Below, one piece after another: positions 1 to 9,494 of a stretch of DNA of 56,314 nt; within the stretch, counting starts at the first letter, position 1, and each line of letters starts with the position of its first letter. Source of the stretch: Betaproteobacteria bacterium (lineage in GTDB: Bacteria; Pseudomonadota; Gammaproteobacteria; Burkholderiales; JAYUZG01); contig JAYUZG010000010.1 in NCBI GenBank assembly GCA_043751985.1, positions 1 through 56,314 of the forward strand, in the 5' to 3' direction. Under the pieces are notes generated by a model that worked only from the letters and a program-made list of their open reading frames with translations, made no database searches and had not been told where the DNA came from. Both the position numbers and the translations under genes were made by a program.

Positions 1-1992
1 CGGGCTGATTTTGCCGAGGCTCACAACAACCTGGGCGTGCTGTTACTGGGAATGGAGGCCCCCGATCAGCAACAGGCGATGATTTGTTTCGAACGCGCCG
101 TTGCCAGCCGTGACGATTATCCTGAGGCGCACGTCAATCTCGGCGCCACGCTGGTGGGGTTGGGCCGTATCGATGAAGGGCTGCCGCATTACGAGCGCGC
201 GCTGCAACTGAAGCCTGATTACGCCTATGCCTGGAACAATTTGGGCGCGGTGTACTACCAGTCCGGCCTGACCGAAGAAGCGTGGGTGTGTTTCAACCGT
301 GCCGTCGAGGCCGATCCCGAACTGCCAGAGGGTCATAACAACTTGGGCTTGCTGCACAGTCTGCGCGAGAATCGCGCGGAGGCACGCAAATCGTTTGAGA
401 CGGCGCTGCGCTACCGTGCGGATTTTCCTGAGGCCTACAACGGCCTCGGACTGTGTTTCACCGAAGAAGGTCAGTTTGAACAAGCGGAGCAGGCGTTTCT
501 GAAAGCCTTGGAATTGCACCCCGATTTTGCCGATGCGGCCGCCAATCTGGCAAAAGCCTGCCAGACCGACGGGCAAGTGGATAAAGCGCGTCGCTGGTTC
601 GCGCGCTCGAATGAGTTGTGCCGCAATGACTCTCTGCGGATCAAGCTTGCCGCACTGGTTCCGGCGATCATGGGGACGCAGGCAGAAGTCGAACACTGCC
701 GTGCGGCGGTCGAACGGCAACTGAGAGAGTTGGAACTACAGCCGTTGAGCATTACCGAGCCGGACCTGCTTAAATTCGCCGACACCAATTTCTTCCTCGC
801 CTTCCAGGGCTTCAACGATCGGGACGTTCAAGCCGCAGTCGCAAGACTGTATCTGCGCGCCTGCCCGTCGTTGGGTGCGGTCGCGCCGCATGCGGCGCGT
901 GCGCGCACCGCTGGCGCGCCAGTCAAGCTGGGATTTATTTCGCGGTTTTTCTGGAAACATTCGGTGGGCAACTACATCAGCCCCACCATTGAATGCCTCG
1001 CGCGCGATCCGCGCTTTGATGTCACCTTGATTCACGTGGGGCAGAAACGCGACGAGGTATCGGCGTCACTCGCCGCGGTGGTGCGGCGCGAGCTGACATT
1101 AGGCCCTTTGTCTCTTTCTACTGCGCGCGAACGGGTCGCACAATTGGAGCTGGATGTTCTCGTTTACACCGATATCGGCATGGACCCGTTTACATTCTTC
1201 TTATCTTTCGCACGGCTGGCGCGTCTGCAATGCGTATCCGGCGGGCATCCCGTGACCACCGGCATTCCCAACATGGATGTGTATCTTTCCAGCCGCTATC
1301 TCGAAGGGGAAAACGCGCAAGAACACTACACCGAAAAGCTGTTGCAAATGTCGCACTACAACGCGACCTTGCCGCTTCTCGGCGAACCACGCGTCACCAA
1401 GACACGCGCGCAACTGGGGCTGCCCGAATCGACACCGGCCTATGTTTGCCCAACGAAACTGCAGAAGCTACATCCGGATTTCGATCTCCTGCTGCGTGAT
1501 CTGCTGGCACGCGACCCGCAGGCGACTATCCTGTTGTTCGAAGACGACCGGCACCGCAACTGGCATGCGCAGATTCGGCAGCGATTCCAGCAGACGATTG
1601 GCAAGAACGCCGATCGCGTGCGCTTCCTTCCGTTCGCGGGTGCCGAGGATTTCAGCCAGATACTCGCCGTGGCGGATGTCATCCTCGACCCATTTCATTT
1701 CGGACTCGGCACCACCAGTTTCATGGCCTTTGCCGCCGGTGCGCCGGTGGTTACTTTGCCGTCGCCGTATCTGCGCGGGCGCGCCACGCTCGCGTGCTAT
1801 GGCCAGATGAATTTTCTTGAATGCGTGGCGGAAGATTCCGCGCATTATCTGGAGCTCGCGCTGCGCGTGGCGCAAGACCCAATCTATCGCGCGCATGTCG
1901 TGGCGCAGATTCGAGCGCGCCGCCACGTGCTGTACGACGACGTTCGCTGTGCCGCCGAGATGGGCGATTTCTTCGTGACGGCGCTTGGCTGA
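1..1992 (+). CDS. TPR-repeat / GT41 (SPINDLY, O-GlcNAc-transferase-like) glycosyltransferase, 5'-truncated by window edge; candidate flagellin glycosyltransferase
   Basis: The frame stays open to nt 1; the residues upstream of the listed start (RADFAEAHNNLG) continue the TPR pattern. Several TPR units are visible ('PDYAYAWNNLGAVYYQSG', 'PELPEGHNNLGLLH', 'ADFPEAYNGLGLCF'). The C-terminal ~350 aa resemble the COG3914/GT41 catalytic region ('GFISRFFWKHSVG', 'CVSGGHPVTTGIPNMDVYLSS', 'CPTKLQKLHPDFD'). It lies 2 kb from fliC. Confidence 0.75.
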   Translation, partial: RADFAEAHNNLGVLLLGMEAPDQQQAMICFERAVASRDDYPEAHVNLGATLVGLGRIDEGLPHYERALQLKPDYAYAWNNLGAVYYQSGLTEEAWVCFNRAVEADPELPEGHNNLGLLHSLRENRAEARKSFETALRYRADFPEAYNGLGLCFTEEGQFEQAEQAFLKALELHPDFADAAANLAKACQTDGQVDKARRWFARSNELCRNDSLRIKLAALVPAIMGTQAEVEHCRAAVERQLRELELQPLSITEPDLLKFADTNFFLAFQGFNDRDVQAAVARLYLRACPSLGAVAPHAARARTAGAPVKLGFISRFFWKHSVGNYISPTIECLARDPRFDVTLIHVGQKRDEVSASLAAVVRRELTLGPLSLSTARERVAQLELDVLVYTDIGMDPFTFFLSFARLARLQCVSGGHPVTTGIPNMDVYLSSRYLEGENAQEHYTEKLLQMSHYNATLPLLGEPRVTKTRAQLGLPESTPAYVCPTKLQKLHPDFDLLLRDLLARDPQATILLFEDDRHRNWHAQIRQRFQQTIGKNADRVRFLPFAGAEDFSQILAVADVILDPFHFGLGTTSFMAFAAGAPVVTLPSPYLRGRATLACYGQMNFLECVAEDSAHYLELALRVAQDPIYRAHVVAQIRARRHVLYDDVRCAAEMGDFFVTALG

Positions 1993-2032
1993 GACTCCGC
2001 GCTCGCCGGGGTCCGCGCGCACCCTGGCCATC

Positions 2033-2686
2033 ATGCAGCCGTACTTCATTCCCTACCCCGGATATTTCCGCTTGTTCGCCGCGTGCGATTTGTTCGTGCT
2101 CTACGACTGCGTGCAATTTTCCCGGCGTGGATGGGTGCATCGCAATCAACTGCCGGGCCATGATGCAGTGGTGCGCTGGTTGACATTGCCGGTGGACAGA
2201 GTGGAGCGTGACGCAGCGATTCACCAGTTGCGTTTCCCAGCCGACGCCGAGCAACGTATGGTGACGCAGTTTCCGCGTTTTCCGGCACTGTCAAACGTGG
2301 CGAAACTGTCACCGGCGTTGCGCACCGCCCTGACGGCATTCAGCGCGACTCCGGTGGAGTATCTCGAGCGTCTGTTGCATGTGTTGTGTGCCGATCTGGG
2401 ATTGCCCTGCAAGACCGTGCGTTCCAGCGCATTGCCCATCGATCCGGCGTTGCGCGGAGCAGCCCGCATCATTGCAATCACACAGCACTTGGGTGCCCGC
2501 GTCTACGTGAACTCTCCGGGTGGGCGAACTCTTTATTCCGCGCAAGCCTTCAGCGAGGCCGGATTGGAGCTACGATTTCTGCCTCCGTATCTGGGCGGCA
2601 GCTTGAGTATTTTGCAGAGCATCGCGGAGCACGGCGCGGATGCAGTAGGGGCGCAGATCCGGGCACAGACCAGCCTGGAAGTGTGA
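2033..2686 (+). CDS. WbqC-family protein (sugar-modification cluster protein of unknown biochemical role)
   Basis: The N-terminus 'IMQPYFIPYPGYFRLFAACDLFVLYDCVQFSRRGWVHRNQL' matches the characteristic WbqC-like (PF08889) opening. ATG at 2033 is preferred over the longer ORF from 1985, so the start is uncertain. Confidence 0.7.
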   Translation: MQPYFIPYPGYFRLFAACDLFVLYDCVQFSRRGWVHRNQLPGHDAVVRWLTLPVDRVERDAAIHQLRFPADAEQRMVTQFPRFPALSNVAKLSPALRTALTAFSATPVEYLERLLHVLCADLGLPCKTVRSSALPIDPALRGAARIIAITQHLGARVYVNSPGGRTLYSAQAFSEAGLELRFLPPYLGGSLSILQSIAEHGADAVGAQIRAQTSLEV

Positions 2687-2703
2687 TCGTCGGGTTGACG
2701 TTG

Positions 2704-3846
2704 CTACCAGGCGACCGATTCAAGTCGCGCGCGATCTTTCGACAGCAAATCCGCCACCGTGTGACAGACGGTTTCGATATCGGGCTCGGACAAGTCCAGA
2801 TGAAATGGCAAGCCCAGCATGCGCGCGCTTAACTTGTCCACGTTTGGCAGGGGGCCGCATTGTTTGCAGGTACGGAATGCCGGATGTTCGTATAACGGCG
2901 GACAGTACCAACGTCGGGTTTCGATGCCGGCCGCTTCGAGCTGGACCGAGATTTGAATCGCATTCGCACTTGCCGGTAACAGCGTCGGCAGAATGGGATA
3001 GACCCCTTGCCGCGGGCGCTGTTGCAGAGTTAGCTCGGGGCAGAATCGTTGCAATCCCGCCAGGTAGCGATCGGTGAGCGTCAGATAGCGGCGGCGTTGG
3101 TCCGCCCAGTTGTCCAATGACGCCAGGCCGACTGCCGCGTGATACTCGGATAATTTGGCGTTGGTGCCGACCAGATTCACATCGCCGCCCTCGGGATTGA
3201 TTCCGAAATTGCTGAGTTGGCGAACTGTTTCTACGAGCGCGAGATCATTGGACACCAGACACGCACCTTCGCCGCAACCAAGTGCCTTGGTCGCGTGAAA
3301 GCTAAAGATGACCGGCGTGCGATGACCGATCTCCTGATTGCCGAATGCACCGGCGGCATCGATCAACACCGGTATTCCGTAGTCTTCCTGAAACTGATCC
3401 CATGCACTTACATCCTGCGCGCAGCCGAACGCCGCGACCGGCAACACGGCGTCGAACGTTGCAGTCTTGAGCATGGCACGAGCGATGTCCGGTGTGAGTA
3501 ACCAATTGTGTTCATCGATGTCGGATAGCAGCGGGTGATAGCCGGCGCGCAACACCGCGGTTGCGGTGGCGACGAAGGTGGTCGCCGGCAACAGCACGCG
3601 CGCGTCGCTGGGCAAATTCATCGCCGCCAGCGCCAGCTCGAGCGCCAGGGTCGCATTGCAAGTCGTGACTGTCTGCATGCGGCCGATGCCATTGAGCTCG
3701 CGCAGGATACGCGCCTCGAAGCGCTGCACCAGCGGGCCGAAATTGGTATAGCGGCGATTGCTGTCGATTTCACGCAGATATGGAAGCAACTGCTCGATCC
3801 GCGGCAGGCTCGGTACGAGCAGAGGAATTTTTCTGATGACGCTCAT
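2704..3846 (-). CDS. DegT/DnrJ/EryC1/StrS-family PLP-dependent sugar aminotransferase
   Basis: The N-terminus 'IPLLVPSLP...YTNFGPLVQRFE' is typical of the family, and the PLP-lysine motif 'FSFHATKALGCGEGA' is present. Start placed at the internal ATG (MSVIRK...) at 3846. Convergent with the WbqC gene. Confidence 0.85.
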   Translation of the reverse strand: MSVIRKIPLLVPSLPRIEQLLPYLREIDSNRRYTNFGPLVQRFEARILRELNGIGRMQTVTTCNATLALELALAAMNLPSDARVLLPATTFVATATAVLRAGYHPLLSDIDEHNWLLTPDIARAMLKTATFDAVLPVAAFGCAQDVSAWDQFQEDYGIPVLIDAAGAFGNQEIGHRTPVIFSFHATKALGCGEGACLVSNDLALVETVRQLSNFGINPEGGDVNLVGTNAKLSEYHAAVGLASLDNWADQRRRYLTLTDRYLAGLQRFCPELTLQQRPRQGVYPILPTLLPASANAIQISVQLEAAGIETRRWYCPPLYEHPAFRTCKQCGPLPNVDKLSARMLGLPFHLDLSEPDIETVCHTVADLLSKDRARLESVAW

Positions 3847-4091
3847 TTGAACGACTCCACGTGCGGTGATGCAAGGCGTGCGGCACACTTGCGCTTTCAA
3901 GTGAGATCACTAACGGCACGGTCGCCGAATTCTTCATACGTTTGAAACTACGCAGTGACAGTTCATCCGAGCGTTTGCATTTGCGTGAATGAAAATGCGC
4001 GTTCAAGAAAAGTGAGAGTCACTCCGTTACTAGTCTAGACAAGCGGTACTCCGCGCGCGTTTTCCCCTCTGTAGCGCGACTCCTTCGCGGT

Positions 4092-4119
4092 TAAAGAAAA
4101 CCAGCATCTCTGCCGTTAC
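4092..4119 (+). promoter_or_regulatory. Candidate sigma-28 (FliA) class-3 promoter for fliC
   Basis: TAAAGAAA-N12-GCCGTTAC compared with the consensus TAAAGTTT-N11-GCCGATAA. It ends about 70 nt upstream of the fliC ATG. Confidence 0.45.
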
Positions 4120-4189
4120 ATGGCCTGTGGGTTGTACGCAAACACAGCGCTACTTGGCGGTTCACCATCAAAGCTAAAGGAGTATTGAG

Positions 4190-5671
4190 ATGCAAGTCAT
4201 TAACACAAATATCGCTTCGCTAAACGCGCAGCGAAATCTAGGAACGTCACAAGGCTCGGTGCTGCAAGCGTTGCAGCGCTTGTCTTCTGGCCTGCGCATT
4301 AATTCCGCGAAAGACGATGCGGCCGGTCTGGCGATTGCGGCACGGATGACTTCGCAAATTCGCGGTCTGGATCAGGCGCGTCGCAACGCGAATGACGGTA
4401 TTTCGCTGGCGCAAACGGCGGAAGGGGCGCTGGCACAGTCGACGGAAATCCTGCAGCGTGTGCGCGAACTTTCGGTGCAGTCCGCCAATGCAACTAACAG
4501 CACGACCGACCGGGCCGCGCTGAATTCTGAAGTGAATCAGTTAGTGAGCGAACTTACGCGGATCGCCAATACGACGTCGTTTAACGGTCTGAAAGTTCTG
4601 GATGGAACATATCAAGGACAGCAATTCCAAGTGGGCGCGGAAGCCAATCAAACAATTGGCGTGTCGATCACCGGTGCACGTGCGACCGACTTGAAGAACA
4701 ATACGGTTAGCGGCGTCGGTAACGGTGGCAGCGGTCTGGGCGGCGTATCCGCAGCGGCGAATACCGCGCCCGCCGGTAACACGGTTACGGCACAGACACT
4801 GACGGTGTCGGGTTCCGCCGGTTCGGCCACGGTTGGTGTCGCAGCCAACGACCAGGCATCGGTTATTGCTACCGCGGTCAACGCGGTCACTGGTAGCACT
4901 GGGGTCAGGGCGAAAGCGGAAACCAACGCAACCTTGACCAGCATCGCCAATACCGGAACTATTTCTTTCACCTTAAATGGCGGCGGAACCGCGACGCAAA
5001 TCAACGCAACCATCTCGTCAACGACGGACTTGAGCGCCATCGTCGCGGCGACGAACGACGCTTCGTCCAAGACCGGAGTAACGGCAAAACTAAACGCCGC
5101 GGGCGATACGGTGACGTTTACCAATGCGGAAGGCAAGGACATCACCATCCAAGACTTTACTAACTCGGGAACCGGTACCGCGGCCATTGCCGGCGACGCG
5201 GCGTCGTCCAGTATCACGGTCACCAGTGGTACTACCGATTCCGTGCGCGTTACCGGGAAAGTGACGCTCAGCGCCGATTCCGGCTTCACGGTTTCGTCGA
5301 CCGTGGCCAACGGCGTGGTGGTGGGCGCAGCCAACGCGGTGATCGGATCAACCGCGGCGAATGTGTCGAGCATCGATATTTCGCTGGTGAGCGGCGCCAA
5401 TACGGCCATCGATATCGTGGACGCGGCCTTGTCGCAAGTGAACAAGATTCGCGCGCAACTCGGTGCGGTGCAGAACCGTTTTGGCAACACCATCTCGAGT
5501 CTGCAGACGACGTCGGAGAACCTGAGCGCTGCGCGCAGCCGAATCCAGGACACCGACTTTGCCAGCGAAACAGCGCAGTTGACACGTGGACAGATCTTGC
5601 AACAAGCCGGTGTCGCGATGTTGGCGCAGGCGAATGCATTGCCGAACAACGTGTTGACCCTGCTGAGGTAA
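4190..5671 (+). CDS. fliC: Flagellin
   Basis: Canonical N-terminus '[17 protein letters not shown]...[20 protein letters not shown]' and C-terminus 'LGAVQNRF...[26 protein letters not shown]'. AAAGGAG ribosome-binding site upstream. The central domain is Ala/Thr/Ser/Gly-rich. Confidence 0.96.
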   Translation: MQVINTNIASLNAQRNLGTSQGSVLQALQRLSSGLRINSAKDDAAGLAIAARMTSQIRGLDQARRNANDGISLAQTAEGALAQSTEILQRVRELSVQSANATNSTTDRAALNSEVNQLVSELTRIANTTSFNGLKVLDGTYQGQQFQVGAEANQTIGVSITGARATDLKNNTVSGVGNGGSGLGGVSAAANTAPAGNTVTAQTLTVSGSAGSATVGVAANDQASVIATAVNAVTGSTGVRAKAETNATLTSIANTGTISFTLNGGGTATQINATISSTTDLSAIVAATNDASSKTGVTAKLNAAGDTVTFTNAEGKDITIQDFTNSGTGTAAIAGDAASSSITVTSGTTDSVRVTGKVTLSADSGFTVSSTVANGVVVGAANAVIGSTAANVSSIDISLVSGANTAIDIVDAALSQVNKIRAQLGAVQNRFGNTISSLQTTSENLSAARSRIQDTDFASETAQLTRGQILQQAGVAMLAQANALPNNVLTLLR

Positions 5672-5683
5672 TAACCGGTGATA

Positions 5684-5732
5684 CCGCTACCCGCGGTGCC
5701 GATGCAGGTGCATCTGCGCGGCTTGGTAGCGG
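5684..5732 (+). terminator. Stem-loop just after fliC; possible partial terminator or attenuator, no clear U-tract
   Basis: CCGCTACC (5684-5691) pairs with GGTAGCGG (5725-5732). There is further internal pairing (CGCG / GCAG..CTGC). It starts 13 nt after the fliC stop. Confidence 0.3.
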
Positions 5733-5800
5733 ATAGCGGAACAGGATCCGCGGCGGCTTGAAGACCAGTCGCCGCGAGTCCAAACGCGGAAGGTGGAATC

Positions 5801-6166
5801 ATGAATATTCAGTCCGTTGGCAACGCACCGGAGAAAGCCTCCAGTGCAGCGGGACCGGCAGGATCGGCGGTAGCGCGATCGCGTCAAGCTGAGGATGAGG
5901 GGAAGGCAGCAGCGGTGGCGCAAGCCAAGGCAGCTCAGCCCAGCCCGGAGCAGGTGAAACACGTAACCGAGATGCTCAATCGGGAAGTTTCACGGGTATC
6001 TCAGTCACTGCGATTTTCGGTTGACTCCGATACCGGGAAGACCGTGATCAAGGTGATGGATTCCTCGACCGACGAGGTGATCAAGCAGATTCCCTCGGAG
6101 GAAGCCATGGAAATTTCCAAGGCGCTTGACCGCTTGCAGGGCCTGTTGATCAAAGGTAAGGCCTGA
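5801..6166 (+). CDS. flaG: Flagellar protein FlaG
   Basis: The C-terminal block 'LRFSVDSDTGKTVIKVMDSSTDEVIKQIPSEEAMEISKAL' is the FlaG-family signature. Position between fliC and fliD fits. Confidence 0.8.
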   Translation: MNIQSVGNAPEKASSAAGPAGSAVARSRQAEDEGKAAAVAQAKAAQPSPEQVKHVTEMLNREVSRVSQSLRFSVDSDTGKTVIKVMDSSTDEVIKQIPSEEAMEISKALDRLQGLLIKGKA

Positions 6167-6254
6167 CACAGTTCGCGGTTTGAGGGGCGACTCTCAAGCT
6201 GCGCCCTGTCGCACCGTTAAACATTACGCGTAGTTAAAGTCAGGGGACGGTTCA

Positions 6255-8234
6255 ATGGCACTATCGCTACCCGGGGTGGGATCAAACCTCGACGTGAATT
6301 CCATCGTCAGCCAGTTGATGTCGGTGGAACGCCAGCCGATCAGCGCGCTGGACCGCAAAGAAGCGGGCTTCCAGGCCAAACTCTCGGCATATGGCAGTGT
6401 GCAAAGCGCTTTGTCGGCGTTCAAGAGCGCCATCGATGCGCTGAACACCCCGGCCAAATTTCAAGGCTACACGGCGACTGCCTCGGACAGCAGCGTGCTC
6501 ACGGCGACGGCCAGCTCGATAGCCTCGGCCGGCAACGTCTCGGTGCAGATTAGCCGCCTGGCTCAATCGCAGGTATTGTCGAGCGCAGGGCAAAGTAGCA
6601 CTACCGCCGCGATCGGCGCGGGAACCAGCACCACTCTTACCTTTCAGTTTGGGACGATCAGCGGCGGGACTCTGGCGAGCGGGACTTACACCGGGGCGAG
6701 CTTTGCGCAGGACGCCGCGTCCACCTCTGGCACCGTGACTATCGATAGCAAGAACAATTCGCTGACTGGAATTCGCGACGCGATCAATGCCGTCGGCATC
6801 GGCGTGAAGGCCAGCATCGTCAACGACGGTAACGCGGCGACCCCGTACAAGCTCGTGTTACAAGCAAGCGGGAGCGGCGCCAATCGCAGCGTGAAAATCA
6901 CCGCGGCGGGCGACGCTTCGGTCCGCGCGCTGTTAGCGCATGATCCGGCTGCGACGCAGAACTTGACGCAGGCGCAAGAGGCGCAAAACGCCAGCCTCAG
7001 TGTGAACGGGATTTCACTTAGCAGTGCATCGAATAGTGTCACGGGCGCGCTGCAAGGTGTGACACTCAACCTGCTCAAAGTGGGCAGCAGCAATATTTCG
7101 GTGGCGCGCGATTCCGGCGGCATCACCACGCTGGTTCAGTCTTTCGTCAAAGCGTTCAACGAATTGAATCAGACCATCCATCAGCTCGCCGGCTACGATG
7201 CTGGCACCAAGCAGGGCGGCGTGCTGATCGGCGACTCAGCCATACGCACGATTCAGGCAAAATTGCGCGACGCGCTGACGACCAATCTTTCCGGCGGCAA
7301 TTTAAAGAAACTATCCCAGGTCGGCGTAAGCTTGCAGCGCGACGGTTCGCTCGCCTTTGATTCTTCCAAATTGACCGAGGCGTTGAGCTCGGACGCAAAC
7401 GGTGTATTGGGTTTGTTCGCGACGCTGAGCACTGCCACCGACAGCTTGGTGAGTGTCGCCGGTTCAAGCGCCAGCACGCGCTCTGGCGTTTACGCGGTTA
7501 ACGTGAGCGTGCTGGCGACCCACGGTTCGATCACCGGCGCCGGTGCCGCCGGACTGACTGTCACTTCAGGCAGCAACGATCAGATCTCCGTCAGCGTCGA
7601 CGGCGCAAACGCTTCGGTTACGCTCGCCGCGGGTACCTATACCGCTGCCACGCTGGCGACGGCGCTGCAGTCCGCGATCAACGGCGCAGCGGACCTGTCG
7701 AGCAAAGGATTGAGCGTCACCGTAAGCGAAGCGGCGGGCGTGCTGACGATTAAGGGCAACACGTTTGGCGCGAGCTCGAAAGTCAGGCTATCCGGCACCG
7801 CAGCGGCAGGGCTGCTGGGCGGTGTTCCTACGCCAACCGATGGGACCGACGTGGCCGGCACCATCAATGGCGCCGCGGCTACCGGTTCCGGACAATTTTT
7901 GACCGGCGCCAAAGGCAACGCGGCCGAAGGCCTCAAGTTGCTGATCAACGACGGCAATACCGGAGACCGCGGAACGGTTAACTTTTCACGCGGGTACGCG
8001 CATTTCATGAGCGCCATGCTGGAAGATTTCACCGGGGATAAGGGACTGATCAATTCACGCAAGAACGGGGTGAATTCTTCGGTGAAAGATATCGGTCATC
8101 AACGCGACGTACTCAATCAAAGGTTAGTCGACGTGGAGAAGCGTTACCGCGCGCAATTCACCGCGCTGGACGCCACCATCAGTCGCATGACATCGCAAAG
8201 CAACTTCCTCAGCCAGCAGTTGGCACGTCTATAA
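6255..8234 (+). CDS. fliD: Flagellar filament cap protein FliD (long form, 659 aa)
   Basis: N-terminus 'GVGSNLDVNSIVSQLMSVERQPISALDRKEAGFQAKLSAYGSVQSAL' and a C-terminal FliD_C-like region 'RYRAQFTALDATISRMTSQSNFLSQQL'. Confidence 0.92.
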   Translation: MALSLPGVGSNLDVNSIVSQLMSVERQPISALDRKEAGFQAKLSAYGSVQSALSAFKSAIDALNTPAKFQGYTATASDSSVLTATASSIASAGNVSVQISRLAQSQVLSSAGQSSTTAAIGAGTSTTLTFQFGTISGGTLASGTYTGASFAQDAASTSGTVTIDSKNNSLTGIRDAINAVGIGVKASIVNDGNAATPYKLVLQASGSGANRSVKITAAGDASVRALLAHDPAATQNLTQAQEAQNASLSVNGISLSSASNSVTGALQGVTLNLLKVGSSNISVARDSGGITTLVQSFVKAFNELNQTIHQLAGYDAGTKQGGVLIGDSAIRTIQAKLRDALTTNLSGGNLKKLSQVGVSLQRDGSLAFDSSKLTEALSSDANGVLGLFATLSTATDSLVSVAGSSASTRSGVYAVNVSVLATHGSITGAGAAGLTVTSGSNDQISVSVDGANASVTLAAGTYTAATLATALQSAINGAADLSSKGLSVTVSEAAGVLTIKGNTFGASSKVRLSGTAAAGLLGGVPTPTDGTDVAGTINGAAATGSGQFLTGAKGNAAEGLKLLINDGNTGDRGTVNFSRGYAHFMSAMLEDFTGDKGLINSRKNGVNSSVKDIGHQRDVLNQRLVDVEKRYRAQFTALDATISRMTSQSNFLSQQLARL

Positions 8235-8248
8235 ACCAGGAGAAAAAA

Positions 8249-8710
8249 ATGTCCAGCGCAACCCAAAGGGCAGTCAAATCTTACGCAAATCTCGTTGTGG
8301 AAACCGGCGTCGCCTCGGCCAGCCCGCAACAACTGATCATCATGCTCTATGACGGCGCGATTCAATCTTTGCGCGCCGCGAAAATCGGCATCATGAATCG
8401 TCAACCGGCGAACAAGGGCCGTGAAATATCCAAAGCGATTTCGATTATCGATGAAGGCCTGCGCGCGGCTTTAGACGTGGAAGCCGGTGGCGAAATCGCT
8501 CAAAATCTGCTGGACTTGTACGACTATATGAGCGATCGCCTGCTGTTGGCGAACTTGAAAAACGACGTCAAGATGCTGGACGAAGTCGCCAGGCTGCTGC
8601 TGGAGCTGAAGGGCGCGTGGGAAGCGCTGGGCGCGACGCAGCGCCCTGCCACCATTGAGCAAGCGTTGCAACCGGACAGCCGCGAGTCGTTGAGTTACGG
8701 CAAGGTATGA
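8249..8710 (+). CDS. fliS: Flagellin-specific export chaperone FliS
   Basis: 'YANLVVETGVASASPQQLIIMLYDGAIQSLRAAK...AISIIDEGLRAALD...IAQNLLDLYDYM' is the typical FliS four-helix pattern. AGGAG ribosome-binding site upstream. Confidence 0.9.
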   Translation: MSSATQRAVKSYANLVVETGVASASPQQLIIMLYDGAIQSLRAAKIGIMNRQPANKGREISKAISIIDEGLRAALDVEAGGEIAQNLLDLYDYMSDRLLLANLKNDVKMLDEVARLLLELKGAWEALGATQRPATIEQALQPDSRESLSYGKV

Positions 8711-8717
8711 GATCACG

Positions 8718-9056
8718 GTGGATGGGGAACGCATCATTGAATCCTATGAAGCGGTTCTGACCCTCACCCGGCGTATGCTGGATGCGGCGCGGGCGAGCCG
8801 CTGGGACGAGTTGATTGCGACGGAAGACGAGCGTGCCCGGCTCATCGATGAAATCAGCAAAATCGACCTGGGCGGCACGGTCGCGCCGCCACAGCGTGAC
8901 AACAAGCGCGAACTGATCAGCACCATCATGCAGCAGGATGCGGAGATTCGTATTCTGACCCAAGATTGGATGCACGAGCTGCGCGTGGTCATCTCGAGTC
9001 TGAATGCGCAGCAGCGACTGCATCAGACCTACGGGGATTCCGGTTTACCCAATTGA
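8718..9056 (+). CDS. fliT: FliT-like flagellar chaperone (GTG start)
   Basis: 112-aa helical protein directly after fliS. 'LTLTRRMLDAARASRWDELIATEDERARLIDEI' resembles the FliT 'WD.l' motif region. Confidence 0.6.
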   Translation: MDGERIIESYEAVLTLTRRMLDAARASRWDELIATEDERARLIDEISKIDLGGTVAPPQRDNKRELISTIMQQDAEIRILTQDWMHELRVVISSLNAQQRLHQTYGDSGLPN

Positions 9057-9110
9057 CGTTGCGAGTTCAACGGTGCAAACTGGAATCAACCTAGATGCGC
9101 ATCTGTTCTC

Positions 9111-9479
9111 ATGGAATCACTGGTTATCACCTGGCGCGAATTGTTGGTCGGTGTCATCGCCGTACTCGCGGTGTACGCGTTGGAACTGCTGATCTTCCTG
9201 CGCTGGTCCGGACGTGCACGTCCGCAATGGCAGCGAGCGCTGGAACAACAGGAGGAGCACTTCGAAACCTCAAGGTTGGAATCGCAATTGAGCGATATGC
9301 GCGCCCAAGTTTCCAAAATGCAAACCGATCTCGATGCCTTGCGGCTGAGTCAACCTGCCACGCCGTACAACCAAGCGATTCAATTGGCGCGCGAAGGCGC
9401 GGGCGCGGCGCGGCTGGTGAACGATTGCGCCATCTCGCGCGGCGAAGCAGAATTGATCGTTGCCCTGTATCAGAAATAG
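9111..9479 (+). CDS. Small membrane-anchored DUF2802-like flagellar-locus protein
   Basis: N-terminal transmembrane segment 'LLVGVIAVLAVYALELLIFL', a coiled-coil middle, and a C-terminal 'YNQAIQLAREGAGAARLVNDCAISRGEAELIVALY' block like the DUF2802 helix-turn-helix-like tail. Confidence 0.5.
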   Translation: MESLVITWRELLVGVIAVLAVYALELLIFLRWSGRARPQWQRALEQQEEHFETSRLESQLSDMRAQVSKMQTDLDALRLSQPATPYNQAIQLAREGAGAARLVNDCAISRGEAELIVALYQK

Positions 9480-9494
9480 TCTTGCGCGAGGTGA

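Noticed and set aside
4121-4136. Sigma-54-like element TGGCCT-N5-TTGTA upstream of fliC
   Set aside because: The spacing fits, but the critical -12 GC is GT and the -24 region deviates (CT for AC). The sigma-28-like element 30 nt upstream is a better match for a flagellin promoter. A second GGCAC...TTGC string at about 3881-3893 has the wrong spacing.
4648-5802. 384-aa ORF on the minus strand covering most of fliC
   Set aside because: It lies antisense to a flagellin gene of unmistakable identity. Its translation is low-complexity (Ala/Val/Thr/Pro-rich mirror of the FliC variable region) with no recognisable motifs. This is a typical shadow ORF in GC-rich DNA.
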